A program made the translations under genes and the position numbers. Positions 45,678-54,122 of a stretch of 64,000 nucleotides of DNA are shown one piece after another. The stretch is from Patescibacteria group bacterium (GTDB lineage Bacteria > Patescibacteriota > Minisyncoccia > Phycocordibacterales > Phycocordibacteraceae). Each line of letters opens with the position of its first letter. Position 1 is the stretch's first letter. The notes beneath the pieces are model-generated. The model was not told where the DNA came from. It did not search any database and saw only the letters and a program-made list of their open reading frames with translations. Location of the stretch: contig JAHJYC010000005.1 of assembly GCA_018826905.1 (NCBI GenBank), positions 46,681-110,680 of the forward strand. The letters run 5' to 3'.

Positions 45678-47891
45678 ATGCTTAAGCGACTAGAGATCGC
45701 CGGATTCAAATCGTTTGCAAAGAAAACGGTCTTGGATTTTTCTAGTTCAGTTACCTCTGTTGTTGGACCAAATGGGTCGGGAAAGTCTAATGTTGCGGAA
45801 GCCTTCCGCTTTGCGCTTGGCGAACAATCAATGAAGTCTATGCGCGGGAAGCGCAGCGAAGACCTTATTTGGTCCGGGTCTAACATAGCGCCCCGTGCGA
45901 ACCGTGCTGCTGTTACCATCGTTTTTGATAATCGTGGCCGTATATTTCCAAAACTTGAATTTGATGAGGTTTCAATAGAGCGAGCAGTGTTCCGTGACGG
46001 AGCGAGTGAGTATGCAATTAATGGATCAAAGGTTCGCCTTCGCGATGTGCAGGAACTTCTTGCGTCTGCAAACATAGGAGAGACTGGACACCATATTATT
46101 TCTCAAGGAGAAGCAGACCGCATTCTTACAGCACAACCAAGAGAACGAAGAGCAATGCTTGAAGATGCGCTCGGTCTTAAGGTGTACGAGTTTAAGAAAC
46201 AAGAAGCTGAACGAAAGCTGGAGCGGACAGAAGAGAACGTGGGGCAGGTGGAGGCACTTAGAAGAGAGATCGCTCCTCATATTCGCTTTTTGCAGAAACA
46301 AGTAGAAAAATTGGAGCGTGCAGAGGAACTTGCCAAGGAATTGCGACTTGCGTCCCAAACGTATTTCGCTATTGAAGAGGCATACATTCGCATTGAACGA
46401 GAAAGAACAGAAGCAGCTACAACAGAGGCAACAGGAAGGCTAAGAGCCGTTGAAGCAGAGCTCTCACTCTTTGAAGAGCGCGCAACAACTGATAGCGAGG
46501 GAATGAAACGCTCTGAAGCAGTGCGTCAGGCAGAACGGAACTTAGACAGAATAACTGCTGAGCGTTCTGTACTTGCCAGAGACCTTGGGCGCATTGAGGG
46601 AGCGTTGAACGAAGCGAAGAAACGCAGTGTTGCTGTTGCGCGAGACCCATACGTAAAGATTCCAAGGGAGGACCTTTCAGCCTTGAAGGAAGAGGTAGAC
46701 GCACAAGTGGCACTCGTTGAAGGAGCTGAACCTGGCGCAATACATGCGGCCATTCAAAGTCTGCGTAACGCAATGGCTGCGTTCTTTGAGCGCTATGCAG
46801 GACCCGCTGACGACTTCATGGCAGACGAGGAGCTCATGGCGAAAGAGCTTGAAGGCAAGAGAGAAGATATGGTGCGTAAGGATGCAGAGTTAACCGAAGA
46901 GACTGAGCGTGCTCGTTCTGAGCTTTCGCATGCGCGCGAGCGCATGATGGCGCATGAAGAGACAGGAAGGGAACAGAATCGTCGTCTGCTTGATCTTGCA
47001 GAGAGTAAAGCAAAAGTAGAAGCAGAGCTTGCACGGCACTCAGCACATCTCGGACAGTTAGATTATCTTGCTGAAGACCTGGAACAGAATCGCAGAGAAG
47101 CCGTTGCGCTTGTTGGAGTCAATGCGCTTTCATATGAAGCAGTCTCTGAACTGCCCCAGGAAGAGCGAAGAGTACAGGAAGATAGAAAGCGAAGCATGGA
47201 GCGCCTCAAGATTCGTGTTGAAGAAGCTGGAGGCTCTGGAGAGGATGTGCGTAGCGAATACAAAGAGGCAACAGAGCGTGAAGCATTCCTTGCAACTGAG
47301 CTTGAAGACCTTGCAACATCAGCAGCGGGACTCCGCTCATTAATTGCAGAATTGGACGCAGAGCTTCAAAAGAGTTTTGCTGAAGGACTTGCAAAGGTGA
47401 ATGCATCGTTCGGAGAGTTCTTCGGCCTTATGTTTGGCGGAGGCGGAGCACGACTGGTGCTTGAGGAAGTATCTCAGCCGGGTGCTGAAGACGAGGAAGA
47501 TGAGTATGAGGAAGTGAAGAGAAAGCCAAACCAGAAACCTGGAATTGAGATTTCAGTGCACCTCCCAAAGAAGCGCGTGCAGTCCTTAATGCAACTTTCA
47601 GGAGGAGAGCGCGCACTTACTTCCATCGCGCTTATCTTTGCGATGAGTCAGGTGAATCCACCACCGTTTCTTATTCTAGACGAAACCGATGCTGCGCTTG
47701 ATGAAGCGAATAGCCGCAGATACGGAGACATGATTGAAAGTCTTTCACACAAGTCTCAGCTTATTGTGATCACTCATAACCGAGAGACGATGAGTCGCGC
47801 CAGCATCCTATACGGCGTTACTATGGGAGCAGATGGAATTTCCAAGTTGCTTTCGGTGAAGTTTGAAGAGGCGCAGGCTGTAGCAAAGTAA
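45678..47891 (+). CDS. smc: SMC-family chromosome condensation ATPase, unusually short (737 aa) with a reduced or absent hinge.
   Basis: N-terminal 'VVGPNGSGKSNVAEAFRFALGEQSMKSMRG'. C-terminal 'LSGGERALTSIALIFAMSQVNPPPFLILDETDAALD...ILYGVTM'. It follows rnc, matching the conserved rnc-smc order. Confidence 0.8.
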   Translation: MLKRLEIAGFKSFAKKTVLDFSSSVTSVVGPNGSGKSNVAEAFRFALGEQSMKSMRGKRSEDLIWSGSNIAPRANRAAVTIVFDNRGRIFPKLEFDEVSIERAVFRDGASEYAINGSKVRLRDVQELLASANIGETGHHIISQGEADRILTAQPRERRAMLEDALGLKVYEFKKQEAERKLERTEENVGQVEALRREIAPHIRFLQKQVEKLERAEELAKELRLASQTYFAIEEAYIRIERERTEAATTEATGRLRAVEAELSLFEERATTDSEGMKRSEAVRQAERNLDRITAERSVLARDLGRIEGALNEAKKRSVAVARDPYVKIPREDLSALKEEVDAQVALVEGAEPGAIHAAIQSLRNAMAAFFERYAGPADDFMADEELMAKELEGKREDMVRKDAELTEETERARSELSHARERMMAHEETGREQNRRLLDLAESKAKVEAELARHSAHLGQLDYLAEDLEQNRREAVALVGVNALSYEAVSELPQEERRVQEDRKRSMERLKIRVEEAGGSGEDVRSEYKEATEREAFLATELEDLATSAAGLRSLIAELDAELQKSFAEGLAKVNASFGEFFGLMFGGGGARLVLEEVSQPGAEDEEDEYEEVKRKPNQKPGIEISVHLPKKRVQSLMQLSGGERALTSIALIFAMSQVNPPPFLILDETDAALDEANSRRYGDMIESLSHKSQLIVITHNRETMSRASILYGVTMGADGISKLLSVKFEEAQAVAK

Positions 47892-47946
47892 TCCCCATAG
47901 ACGTCTCGTAGGAGAGGCGTATGCTTTAGGTACTAACTAAATACCT

Positions 47947-49194
47947 ATGGCTGCATTTGAATACTTTAAAGAGCATGTTGCAAAGGCGAGCGCCCTTCTT
48001 GAGCTTTCTTCTGAGACTCAAGCTCTGCTTATGACACCAAACCAGGTGCTTCATGCAGATCTAACAATTCCCTTGGAGGCTGGAGGAACAGGAACCTTTC
48101 CCGCATACCGGGTGCAATTCAACAATGCACGAGGTCCATACAAAGGAGGAATCCGTTTCCATCCTGAAGCAGACGAGGACGAGGTGTCTGCTCTTGCCGC
48201 TATGATGGCAGTTAAGTGTGCGGTAGTGGGCATTCCTCTTGGGGGAGCCAAGGGAGGAGTTGCTGTTGACCCGAAGAAGCTTTCTCAGAAGGATCTACAT
48301 CTACTAGCTAGAGAATACGTAAAAGCATTTAGCGAACACATAGGGCCAGACCAAGATATTCCAGCTCCTGACGTGTACACGAACGCAGAGATTATGGGAG
48401 TGATGCTGGACGAGTATGAGCGGATTACTGGGAAGAGCCAACCAGCGATGATTACAGGAAAGCCGCTTTCCTTGGGCGGATCTCTTGGAAGAGACACCGC
48501 AACGGCTGACGGTGCCGTTGAAGTACTGAAAGCACTCATGGAGGATCGCCACCTGGAAGCAGACGTGCTTACAGCAGCTGTTCAGGGCGCAGGGAATGCT
48601 GGAGGACAAGCAGCACATCTTCTGTATTCAATGGGCATGAGTGTTGTGTCTCTTGCAGACAGCAAGGGAACTATTTCAAGTGTAGAGGGACTTGATGTTG
48701 AGAAGCTCCTTATGTTCAAGGAGGCAGGGAATCATATCCCAGATGCAGGAGCACTCATGGAGCACGCTCAGGTAGGTCCTTCAGAAGAGGTGCTCTCTTC
48801 GTCTGCAGATGTTCTAGTTCCTGCTGCGCTTGAGGAGCAGATAACAAGAGAGAATGTGGGAAAGATTCAGGCGGGCATCATTCTTGAGGTTGCGAATGGA
48901 CCGGTTACTCCTGAAGCGGATGCACAACTGCATGCACAAGGAGTGGTGGTTATTCCAGATGTACTCGCAAACGCTGGAGGCGTAACCGTCTCATACTTTG
49001 AGTGGGTGCAGAATCGCTCTGGATACTATTGGAGTGCTGATATCGTGCGAGAGGGTATGCAGACAACTATGCGTAAAGCATATAAGTCTGTTGCTGACTT
49101 TGCTTCAGAGCGCGGTGTCTCTTTGAGAGAGGCAGCGTATGCGGTTGCCTTAGAGCGCATAACAGAAGCAATGCGCGGAAGAGGACAGATATAA
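47947..49194 (+). CDS. gdhA: Glutamate dehydrogenase.
   Basis: 'GPYKGGIRFHP...VVGIPLGGAKGG' GDH catalytic motifs. 415 aa. Confidence 0.85.
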   Translation: MAAFEYFKEHVAKASALLELSSETQALLMTPNQVLHADLTIPLEAGGTGTFPAYRVQFNNARGPYKGGIRFHPEADEDEVSALAAMMAVKCAVVGIPLGGAKGGVAVDPKKLSQKDLHLLAREYVKAFSEHIGPDQDIPAPDVYTNAEIMGVMLDEYERITGKSQPAMITGKPLSLGGSLGRDTATADGAVEVLKALMEDRHLEADVLTAAVQGAGNAGGQAAHLLYSMGMSVVSLADSKGTISSVEGLDVEKLLMFKEAGNHIPDAGALMEHAQVGPSEEVLSSSADVLVPAALEEQITRENVGKIQAGIILEVANGPVTPEADAQLHAQGVVVIPDVLANAGGVTVSYFEWVQNRSGYYWSADIVREGMQTTMRKAYKSVADFASERGVSLREAAYAVALERITEAMRGRGQI

Positions 49195-49196
49195 GT

Positions 49197-49226
49197 AAAA
49201 GTCCCGGACTAGTCCGGGACTTTTAC
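49197..49226. terminator. Bidirectional terminator between gdhA and the convergent rnr.
   Basis: 'aaaagtcccggactagtccgggactttt'. Confidence 0.8.
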
Positions 49227-51191
49227 TTACTTAACGAGAGAGAAATCCAGTTCTCGTTCTGCAAGTCTCGCTGCTAGAAGGGTGACTTTAACAGGGTCTC
49301 CAAGTGCGTAGACAGTTTGCGTCTTCTCGCCAACGATACGGTACCTCTTTTCGTCATATACGAAGTAATCATCACCAAGATCACGAATACGTATCATTCC
49401 TTCAGCACGGCTTTCGGTAAGCTCAACGAAGATTCCGCGATCTGATACGCCAGAGATAACTGCGTCAAACTCTTCTCCCACGTGTTCGCTCATGTACTCT
49501 ACCTGCTTCATCTTGATAGAATCGCGCTCGGCTTCTGTAGCAGCCGTCTCTCTTTCAGATGAGTTCATTGCGAGCTGGTCTAGCTCTGCATACTCATTCT
49601 TTCCAAACGGTGCATTCACCGTGTAGTGCTTCGTGAGACGGTGTATGAGGAGATCTGGGTAGCGACGAATCGGGGAAGTGAAGTGCGTGTAAAACTCAAA
49701 AGCCAATCCAAAGTGGCCAATATTCTTTGTGCTGTATACGGCCTTTGCCATTGAACGCAATGTCGCAGTCTTTATAAGGTATTCCTCAGGCTTCCCCTCC
49801 ACTTGCTTAAGAAGAGTGTTCATATCGTCTCCTTTAACCTTTCCTGCTGAAACAGGAAGGTTGTACCCCATAACTTGTAGAAACTGAGCGAGGTTCTCAA
49901 TGCGGTCAGCATCTGGACTGTCATGGATACGATAAATAGTGCCCCCGGTGAGGTGAGCTTTCTTCATCTCAGAGGTAAGGAACTCAGCTACTGCCTCGTT
50001 TGCAAGGAGCATAAAGTCTTCAATGAGAAGATTAGTGTCCCTTCGTTCCTTGAGAACAATCTCAGTTGGCTTGCCCGTCTCGTCCAGGAGGATCTTTACT
50101 TCAGGAGTATCAAAGGCAATTGCCCCCTTCTTAGTTCTACGTGCACGAATCTTGTCTGCGTACGTCTTTAAAATATTTAACTCCTCTAGCAACTCTCCGG
50201 CTTGTTGATCAAGCACAGACTGAGCATCCTCATACGTGAAGCGCTTGTCTGAGTGAATAACGGTAGGACCAAACCAACGAGAGACAATACCAGCCTCTTT
50301 GTCTAGCTCAAATACTGCAGACATTGCGAGGCGATCTTCATTTGGGTTCAGAGAACAAAGATCAGTTGAGAGAATATGAGGAAGCATCGGGATGGTGCGG
50401 TCTACAAGATAGACCGACGTAGCACGCTTTCGTGCTTCTTGGTCTATAGAGGAGCCAGGACGCACGAAGTGAGACACATCAGCAATGTGTACACCCACTT
50501 CTACGTTTCCGTTTGGGAGCGTGCGAACAGAGAGCGCATCGTCAAAGTCCTTAGCGTCAAAAGGATCAATGGTAAACGTTGTTACGTCACGGAAGTCTTT
50601 ACGTGTTCCAGCGGCAATGCCCTCATCAGCACCGTCCTTTAACATCTGGCGTCCATTCTTTTCAAGATCATTCGCCTCTTTCTGTACTCCAGGAGGGAAG
50701 TCAGAACGGAATCCTTGAGAGAGAGCGAGTGCTCGCATCTCAGTCTCGTGCTCTCCAGCTGGTCCGATAATCTCTTCAAGCTCTCCCCATGGATATGGCT
50801 GGTGCTTGTTCCATCCTTTAAAGCGAATCACTACTTTGTGCCCGATAGGTAAAGACTCTCCCTTTACTACAAAGGGAACATACATCTTTTTCCAATCAGG
50901 AACGAGCATGGTGAGATTCTCTTCCTTGTTTTCAACGAGCTTGCCCACAAAGGTCTCACGGTTGCGTTCTGTTACCTCAACGACACGTCCTGAGGGACGT
51001 TTCTTGCCAGTGCGCCGGTCTACTTCGTACCCGGTAAATTCAACCTTTACGGTGTCTCCTGAGAAAGCTCCCCCGAGACCCTCTCCTGGAATGAAGAGAT
51101 CGTCCTCATTCGGGTCATATGAAAAGAAGCCCTTTCCGGTCTTAATAATAGTTATTGGTCCCTCGTAGAGGGTGTCTTTCTGTATAGCCAT
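49227..51191 (-). CDS. rnr: Ribonuclease R (RNase II family, with RNB and C-terminal S1 domains).
   Basis: 'HFGLAFEFYTHFTSPIRRYPDLLIHR' RNB active-site region. 654 aa. Confidence 0.85.
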   Translation of the reverse strand: MAIQKDTLYEGPITIIKTGKGFFSYDPNEDDLFIPGEGLGGAFSGDTVKVEFTGYEVDRRTGKKRPSGRVVEVTERNRETFVGKLVENKEENLTMLVPDWKKMYVPFVVKGESLPIGHKVVIRFKGWNKHQPYPWGELEEIIGPAGEHETEMRALALSQGFRSDFPPGVQKEANDLEKNGRQMLKDGADEGIAAGTRKDFRDVTTFTIDPFDAKDFDDALSVRTLPNGNVEVGVHIADVSHFVRPGSSIDQEARKRATSVYLVDRTIPMLPHILSTDLCSLNPNEDRLAMSAVFELDKEAGIVSRWFGPTVIHSDKRFTYEDAQSVLDQQAGELLEELNILKTYADKIRARRTKKGAIAFDTPEVKILLDETGKPTEIVLKERRDTNLLIEDFMLLANEAVAEFLTSEMKKAHLTGGTIYRIHDSPDADRIENLAQFLQVMGYNLPVSAGKVKGDDMNTLLKQVEGKPEEYLIKTATLRSMAKAVYSTKNIGHFGLAFEFYTHFTSPIRRYPDLLIHRLTKHYTVNAPFGKNEYAELDQLAMNSSERETAATEAERDSIKMKQVEYMSEHVGEEFDAVISGVSDRGIFVELTESRAEGMIRIRDLGDDYFVYDEKRYRIVGEKTQTVYALGDPVKVTLLAARLAERELDFSLVK

Positions 51192-51297
51192 GTTCTCTGA
51201 ACTGTAGCAGATTAGGTCGTTTATGCTATATATACGGACCTAGCAAATAGGAATTCTTTGACGTGAGGGCATTCCTTTGGTACTCTTCCGCCTACAT

Positions 51298-51759
51298 ATG
51301 TTGATGATCCGATTCCAGCGCATTGGTCGTAAGAACGACGCAGCTTTCCGTATGGCAGTCCTTGAAAAGACTGCTGGACCTAAGGCTGGGAAGTACGTAG
51401 ACCTCGTTGGCACCTACAACCCAAAGACGAAGCAGATTACCTACAAGGCAGAGCGCATCCAGGAGTGGATTGCGAAGGGTGCCCAGGTATCTCCTTCACT
51501 TAAGAACCTCCTTATCAAGAACGGTGTTCTTACTGGAGAGAAGACCGCAGTTATCTCAAAGAAGAACCTTGAGAAGAACGTAGCCAAGAAGGCAGAGGAG
51601 GAAGCAGCTGCTAAGGCAGCAGCAGAGGAAGCTGCTAAGGCTGAGGCCGCAAAAGCAGCTGAAGCAGCTGAAGCGCCTGTAGCTGAAGAAGTTCCTGCAG
51701 CAGAGGAGGCAGCTCCAGCTGAGGAGACTCCAAAGGAAGAAGAGGAGGTTGCTGCGTAA
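51298..51759 (+). CDS. rpsP: 30S ribosomal protein S16 with an Ala/Glu-rich acidic C-terminal tail.
   Basis: 'IRFQRIGRKNDAAFRMAVLEKT...VDLVGTYNP' S16 core. The tail 'AKKAEEEAAAKAAAEEAAKAEAAK...' is low complexity. The start is uncertain (ATG 51298 or 51304). Confidence 0.8.
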   Translation: MLMIRFQRIGRKNDAAFRMAVLEKTAGPKAGKYVDLVGTYNPKTKQITYKAERIQEWIAKGAQVSPSLKNLLIKNGVLTGEKTAVISKKNLEKNVAKKAEEEAAAKAAAEEAAKAEAAKAAEAAEAPVAEEVPAAEEAAPAEETPKEEEEVAA

Positions 51760-51827
51760 GCAGCAGAAGCGCTTTCGCGCTTTGATTACAATTCCGCATA
51801 TTCTGATTTCTGTAACGATTTGACTTC

Positions 51828-52130
51828 ATGGAACAAGACCACGCATTTCTAGACTACACAGTGAAGGCACTGGTTGATAACCAGGAGGCTGTTGTTGTTA
51901 CTCGCTCTGTTGATGAGATGGGAGTACTGCTTACGCTTACCGTTGCTCCGGAAGACATGGGTAAGATCATCGGCAAGGATGGGAACATTGCAAAAGCAAT
52001 CCGCACCCTTCTTCGCGTTGTTGGTATGAAGCACAACGCTCGTGTGAATTTAAAGATTAACGAACCTTCAGGAGGAAAGCGCTTCCAAGAGGAAAAATCT
52101 CTTGAAGACGTTCTTGAAGGAATGAACTAA
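51828..52130 (+). CDS. KH-domain RNA-binding protein (UPF0109/YlqC-like).
   Basis: 'LTVAPEDMGKIIGKDGNIAKAIRTLLRV' KH GXXG motif. It sits between rpsP and trmD, as is typical. Confidence 0.7.
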   Translation: MEQDHAFLDYTVKALVDNQEAVVVTRSVDEMGVLLTLTVAPEDMGKIIGKDGNIAKAIRTLLRVVGMKHNARVNLKINEPSGGKRFQEEKSLEDVLEGMN

Positions 52131-52152
52131 AGCGGCAGGATGCCGCTTTTAG
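52129..52152 (+). terminator. Hairpin terminator/attenuator 3 nt upstream of the trmD start codon.
   Basis: 'aaagcggcaggatgccgctttt'. Confidence 0.55.
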
Positions 52153-52155
52153 CGT

Positions 52156-52812
52156 ATGTTGAAATTCCATCTCATCACACTATTTCCTGACGCATGTGAC
52201 GCGTATCTTTCTGCGTCTATTTTAGGACGGGCCCGTACCAACAAAAAGATAGCGGTCTCGTACCAGAGCCCGAGAGACTTTGTAACAAACAAATGGGGGA
52301 AGATAGACGAGCGTCCGTATGGGGGAGGTCCGGGTATGGTTATGACCGCGCTCCCCGTGGTGAAGGCGGTAAAGAAAGCCTTTGGAAGACGAAAGGGAAC
52401 AAGACTCGTGGTGTGGTTCAGTCCCTCTGGAAAGCAGTTTACAAACAAGGACGCAGACCAGCTCGCTACATATGACGAGATAGCTTTTGTCTGTGGCAGG
52501 TACGAAGGTATTGATGAGAGAGCATTTAAAATGCTGAAGACAATGGCACCTATAAAAACATTTGCTGTAGGAGAGGCAGTATATACAGGGGGAGAAGTTC
52601 CTGCACTTGCGATGGTTGATGCGATAACTCGCAGACTTCCGGGAGTGCTCGGGAAAGATGAATCAGTTGAGGAAAGACGCGTGGCTTCGCCTGCAGTCTA
52701 CACGCGTCCTGAGAATATTGAATGGGAAGGGAAGAACTATCGTGTTCCTAAAGTCCTGCAGACAGGAAATCATGCCAAGATTGATGAGTTCAGGACGAAA
52801 AAGAAGAAGTAG
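52156..52812 (+). CDS. trmD: tRNA (guanine37-N1)-methyltransferase.
   Basis: 'MLKFHLITLFPDAC' TrmD N-terminus. SPOUT fold motifs. 218 aa. Confidence 0.85.
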   Translation: MLKFHLITLFPDACDAYLSASILGRARTNKKIAVSYQSPRDFVTNKWGKIDERPYGGGPGMVMTALPVVKAVKKAFGRRKGTRLVVWFSPSGKQFTNKDADQLATYDEIAFVCGRYEGIDERAFKMLKTMAPIKTFAVGEAVYTGGEVPALAMVDAITRRLPGVLGKDESVEERRVASPAVYTRPENIEWEGKNYRVPKVLQTGNHAKIDEFRTKKKK

Positions 52813-52859
52813 CCAAAAAGTGTTTTATATAGTTTAATCGGCTCGGAAAGGGGGGCGCC

Positions 52860-53210
52860 ATGTCCTTATTTGACGAAGTCTACGACACGCTCTCTGGGAG
52901 ATCCTGGAGCAGTGTCTCAGAAATTCAGGAAGCGGTGCGAACGCAGCGCTACCTGAAACGGATCCACAGGCCGGTCTCGCTTTTCCGGAGAATACTTCCG
53001 GCCTTTGCGGATATGTTTGAGACACCCACTGAGGCTTCTGTGCAGTTTGTCTTGCAGCACTTCAGTCGCAAGACGTGGGTCTCGTGTCGCGAACGCGTCT
53101 CTGGGAACCCGGAGTACTCGCTTACCCTCAGGGGGCAAATGAAGACAGGCCCAGTGCAGATACGCAGGGACGATCTGGGAAGACCAGAAGGGCCGAGCGG
53201 CTACACATAA
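52860..53210 (+). CDS. Hypothetical protein encoded in GC-rich island 2.
   Basis: SD 'aaagggggg' 5 nt before ATG 52860. GC-rich codon usage. No recognisable motif. Confidence 0.45.
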   Translation: MSLFDEVYDTLSGRSWSSVSEIQEAVRTQRYLKRIHRPVSLFRRILPAFADMFETPTEASVQFVLQHFSRKTWVSCRERVSGNPEYSLTLRGQMKTGPVQIRRDDLGRPEGPSGYT

Positions 53211-53312
53211 AGGACGGAATCTCTCCGTCCTTTTTCATTGCACAACAGAGACGCTAGATTGACAATATCCCTATATTTGTTATAGTTTAAGGGAACCTGG
53301 CGCTGTGCCAGG

Positions 53313-53882
53313 ATGTCAAAACTGTTCCTGGGGGATCTAAGAATGCGACTACATGCACTGTTTCTGGGAGCGTGCGGCATCTTCGCCGCGCTTCTCATCG
53401 GCAAGGACGATCTGAGCGGAATCATTCTGACGGGCGTCGCCACTGTGGCGCTCTTCCTATGCTTCTTCCTTCAGAGCGACACGGCCAGCAGCTGGACCGA
53501 TATGGGCAAAGGGCCGACGCCCTACGCCTTCTCGTTCCTGACCATGAGCGTGGCGTCCATATCCATAGACGGAAGTCTGTGGGCGGGGATGTTCACCTTC
53601 GCGCTCTCACTCGGCCTGATGTTGGCAACTGCGGTCGCCATCTACGCTCAGGGTGCGTGCACCTGCGAGCGCATCAATTGGCGCGACGTGGGCCGGATCT
53701 ATCGCACACTCGGCCTGCCGATCATCGGCATGGTCCTGGTGCACTATCTGGTCGCTACCGACCGCAGCGTGGCCTCGGGGTGCATCGTTATCGCCGGCCT
53801 CACTTGGCTCGCGATGAAGACCGCCCCGCAGGAGCCGTTTGTTCGGCTGCCCGCATACTGGGCTCAACGCACCGCATCTTGA
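53313..53882 (+). CDS. Hypothetical polytopic membrane protein (~5 TM helices) in GC-rich island 2.
   Basis: Hydrophobic segments 'LHALFLGACGIFAALLIG', 'IILTGVATVALFLCFFL', 'MFTFALSLGLMLATAVAIY', 'LPIIGMVLVHYLV', 'CIVIAGLTWLAM'. GC ~62%. Confidence 0.5.
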   Translation: MSKLFLGDLRMRLHALFLGACGIFAALLIGKDDLSGIILTGVATVALFLCFFLQSDTASSWTDMGKGPTPYAFSFLTMSVASISIDGSLWAGMFTFALSLGLMLATAVAIYAQGACTCERINWRDVGRIYRTLGLPIIGMVLVHYLVATDRSVASGCIVIAGLTWLAMKTAPQEPFVRLPAYWAQRTAS

Positions 53883-53904
53883 TTGCATCCCAGCAATCCC
53901 GCAA

Positions 53905-53931
53905 GCGGCTCTCTTCGGAGGGTCGCTTTTT
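53905..53931 (+). terminator. Terminator-like GC hairpin with a UUCG tetraloop and a T5 tract, closing the GC-rich island.
   Basis: 'gcggctctc ttcg gagggtcgc ttttt' (9-bp stem including two G-U pairs). Confidence 0.55.
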
Positions 53932-54122
53932 CCTTTTCCACAGCCGCCTTGACCACCCCCTCATCTTCACGGTATATTAAGGAAACGAGATTGAGTAACG
54001 GGGGATAGAGGGCAAGAGAAAAACAAGTGCGATTTTAAAAACAGCGTCTCCATAACGAGGGACGCGGCTCATGCATACATGAGCCCGTTTGGCGTTTGGA
54101 GCTACGATAATACAGACCTGAC

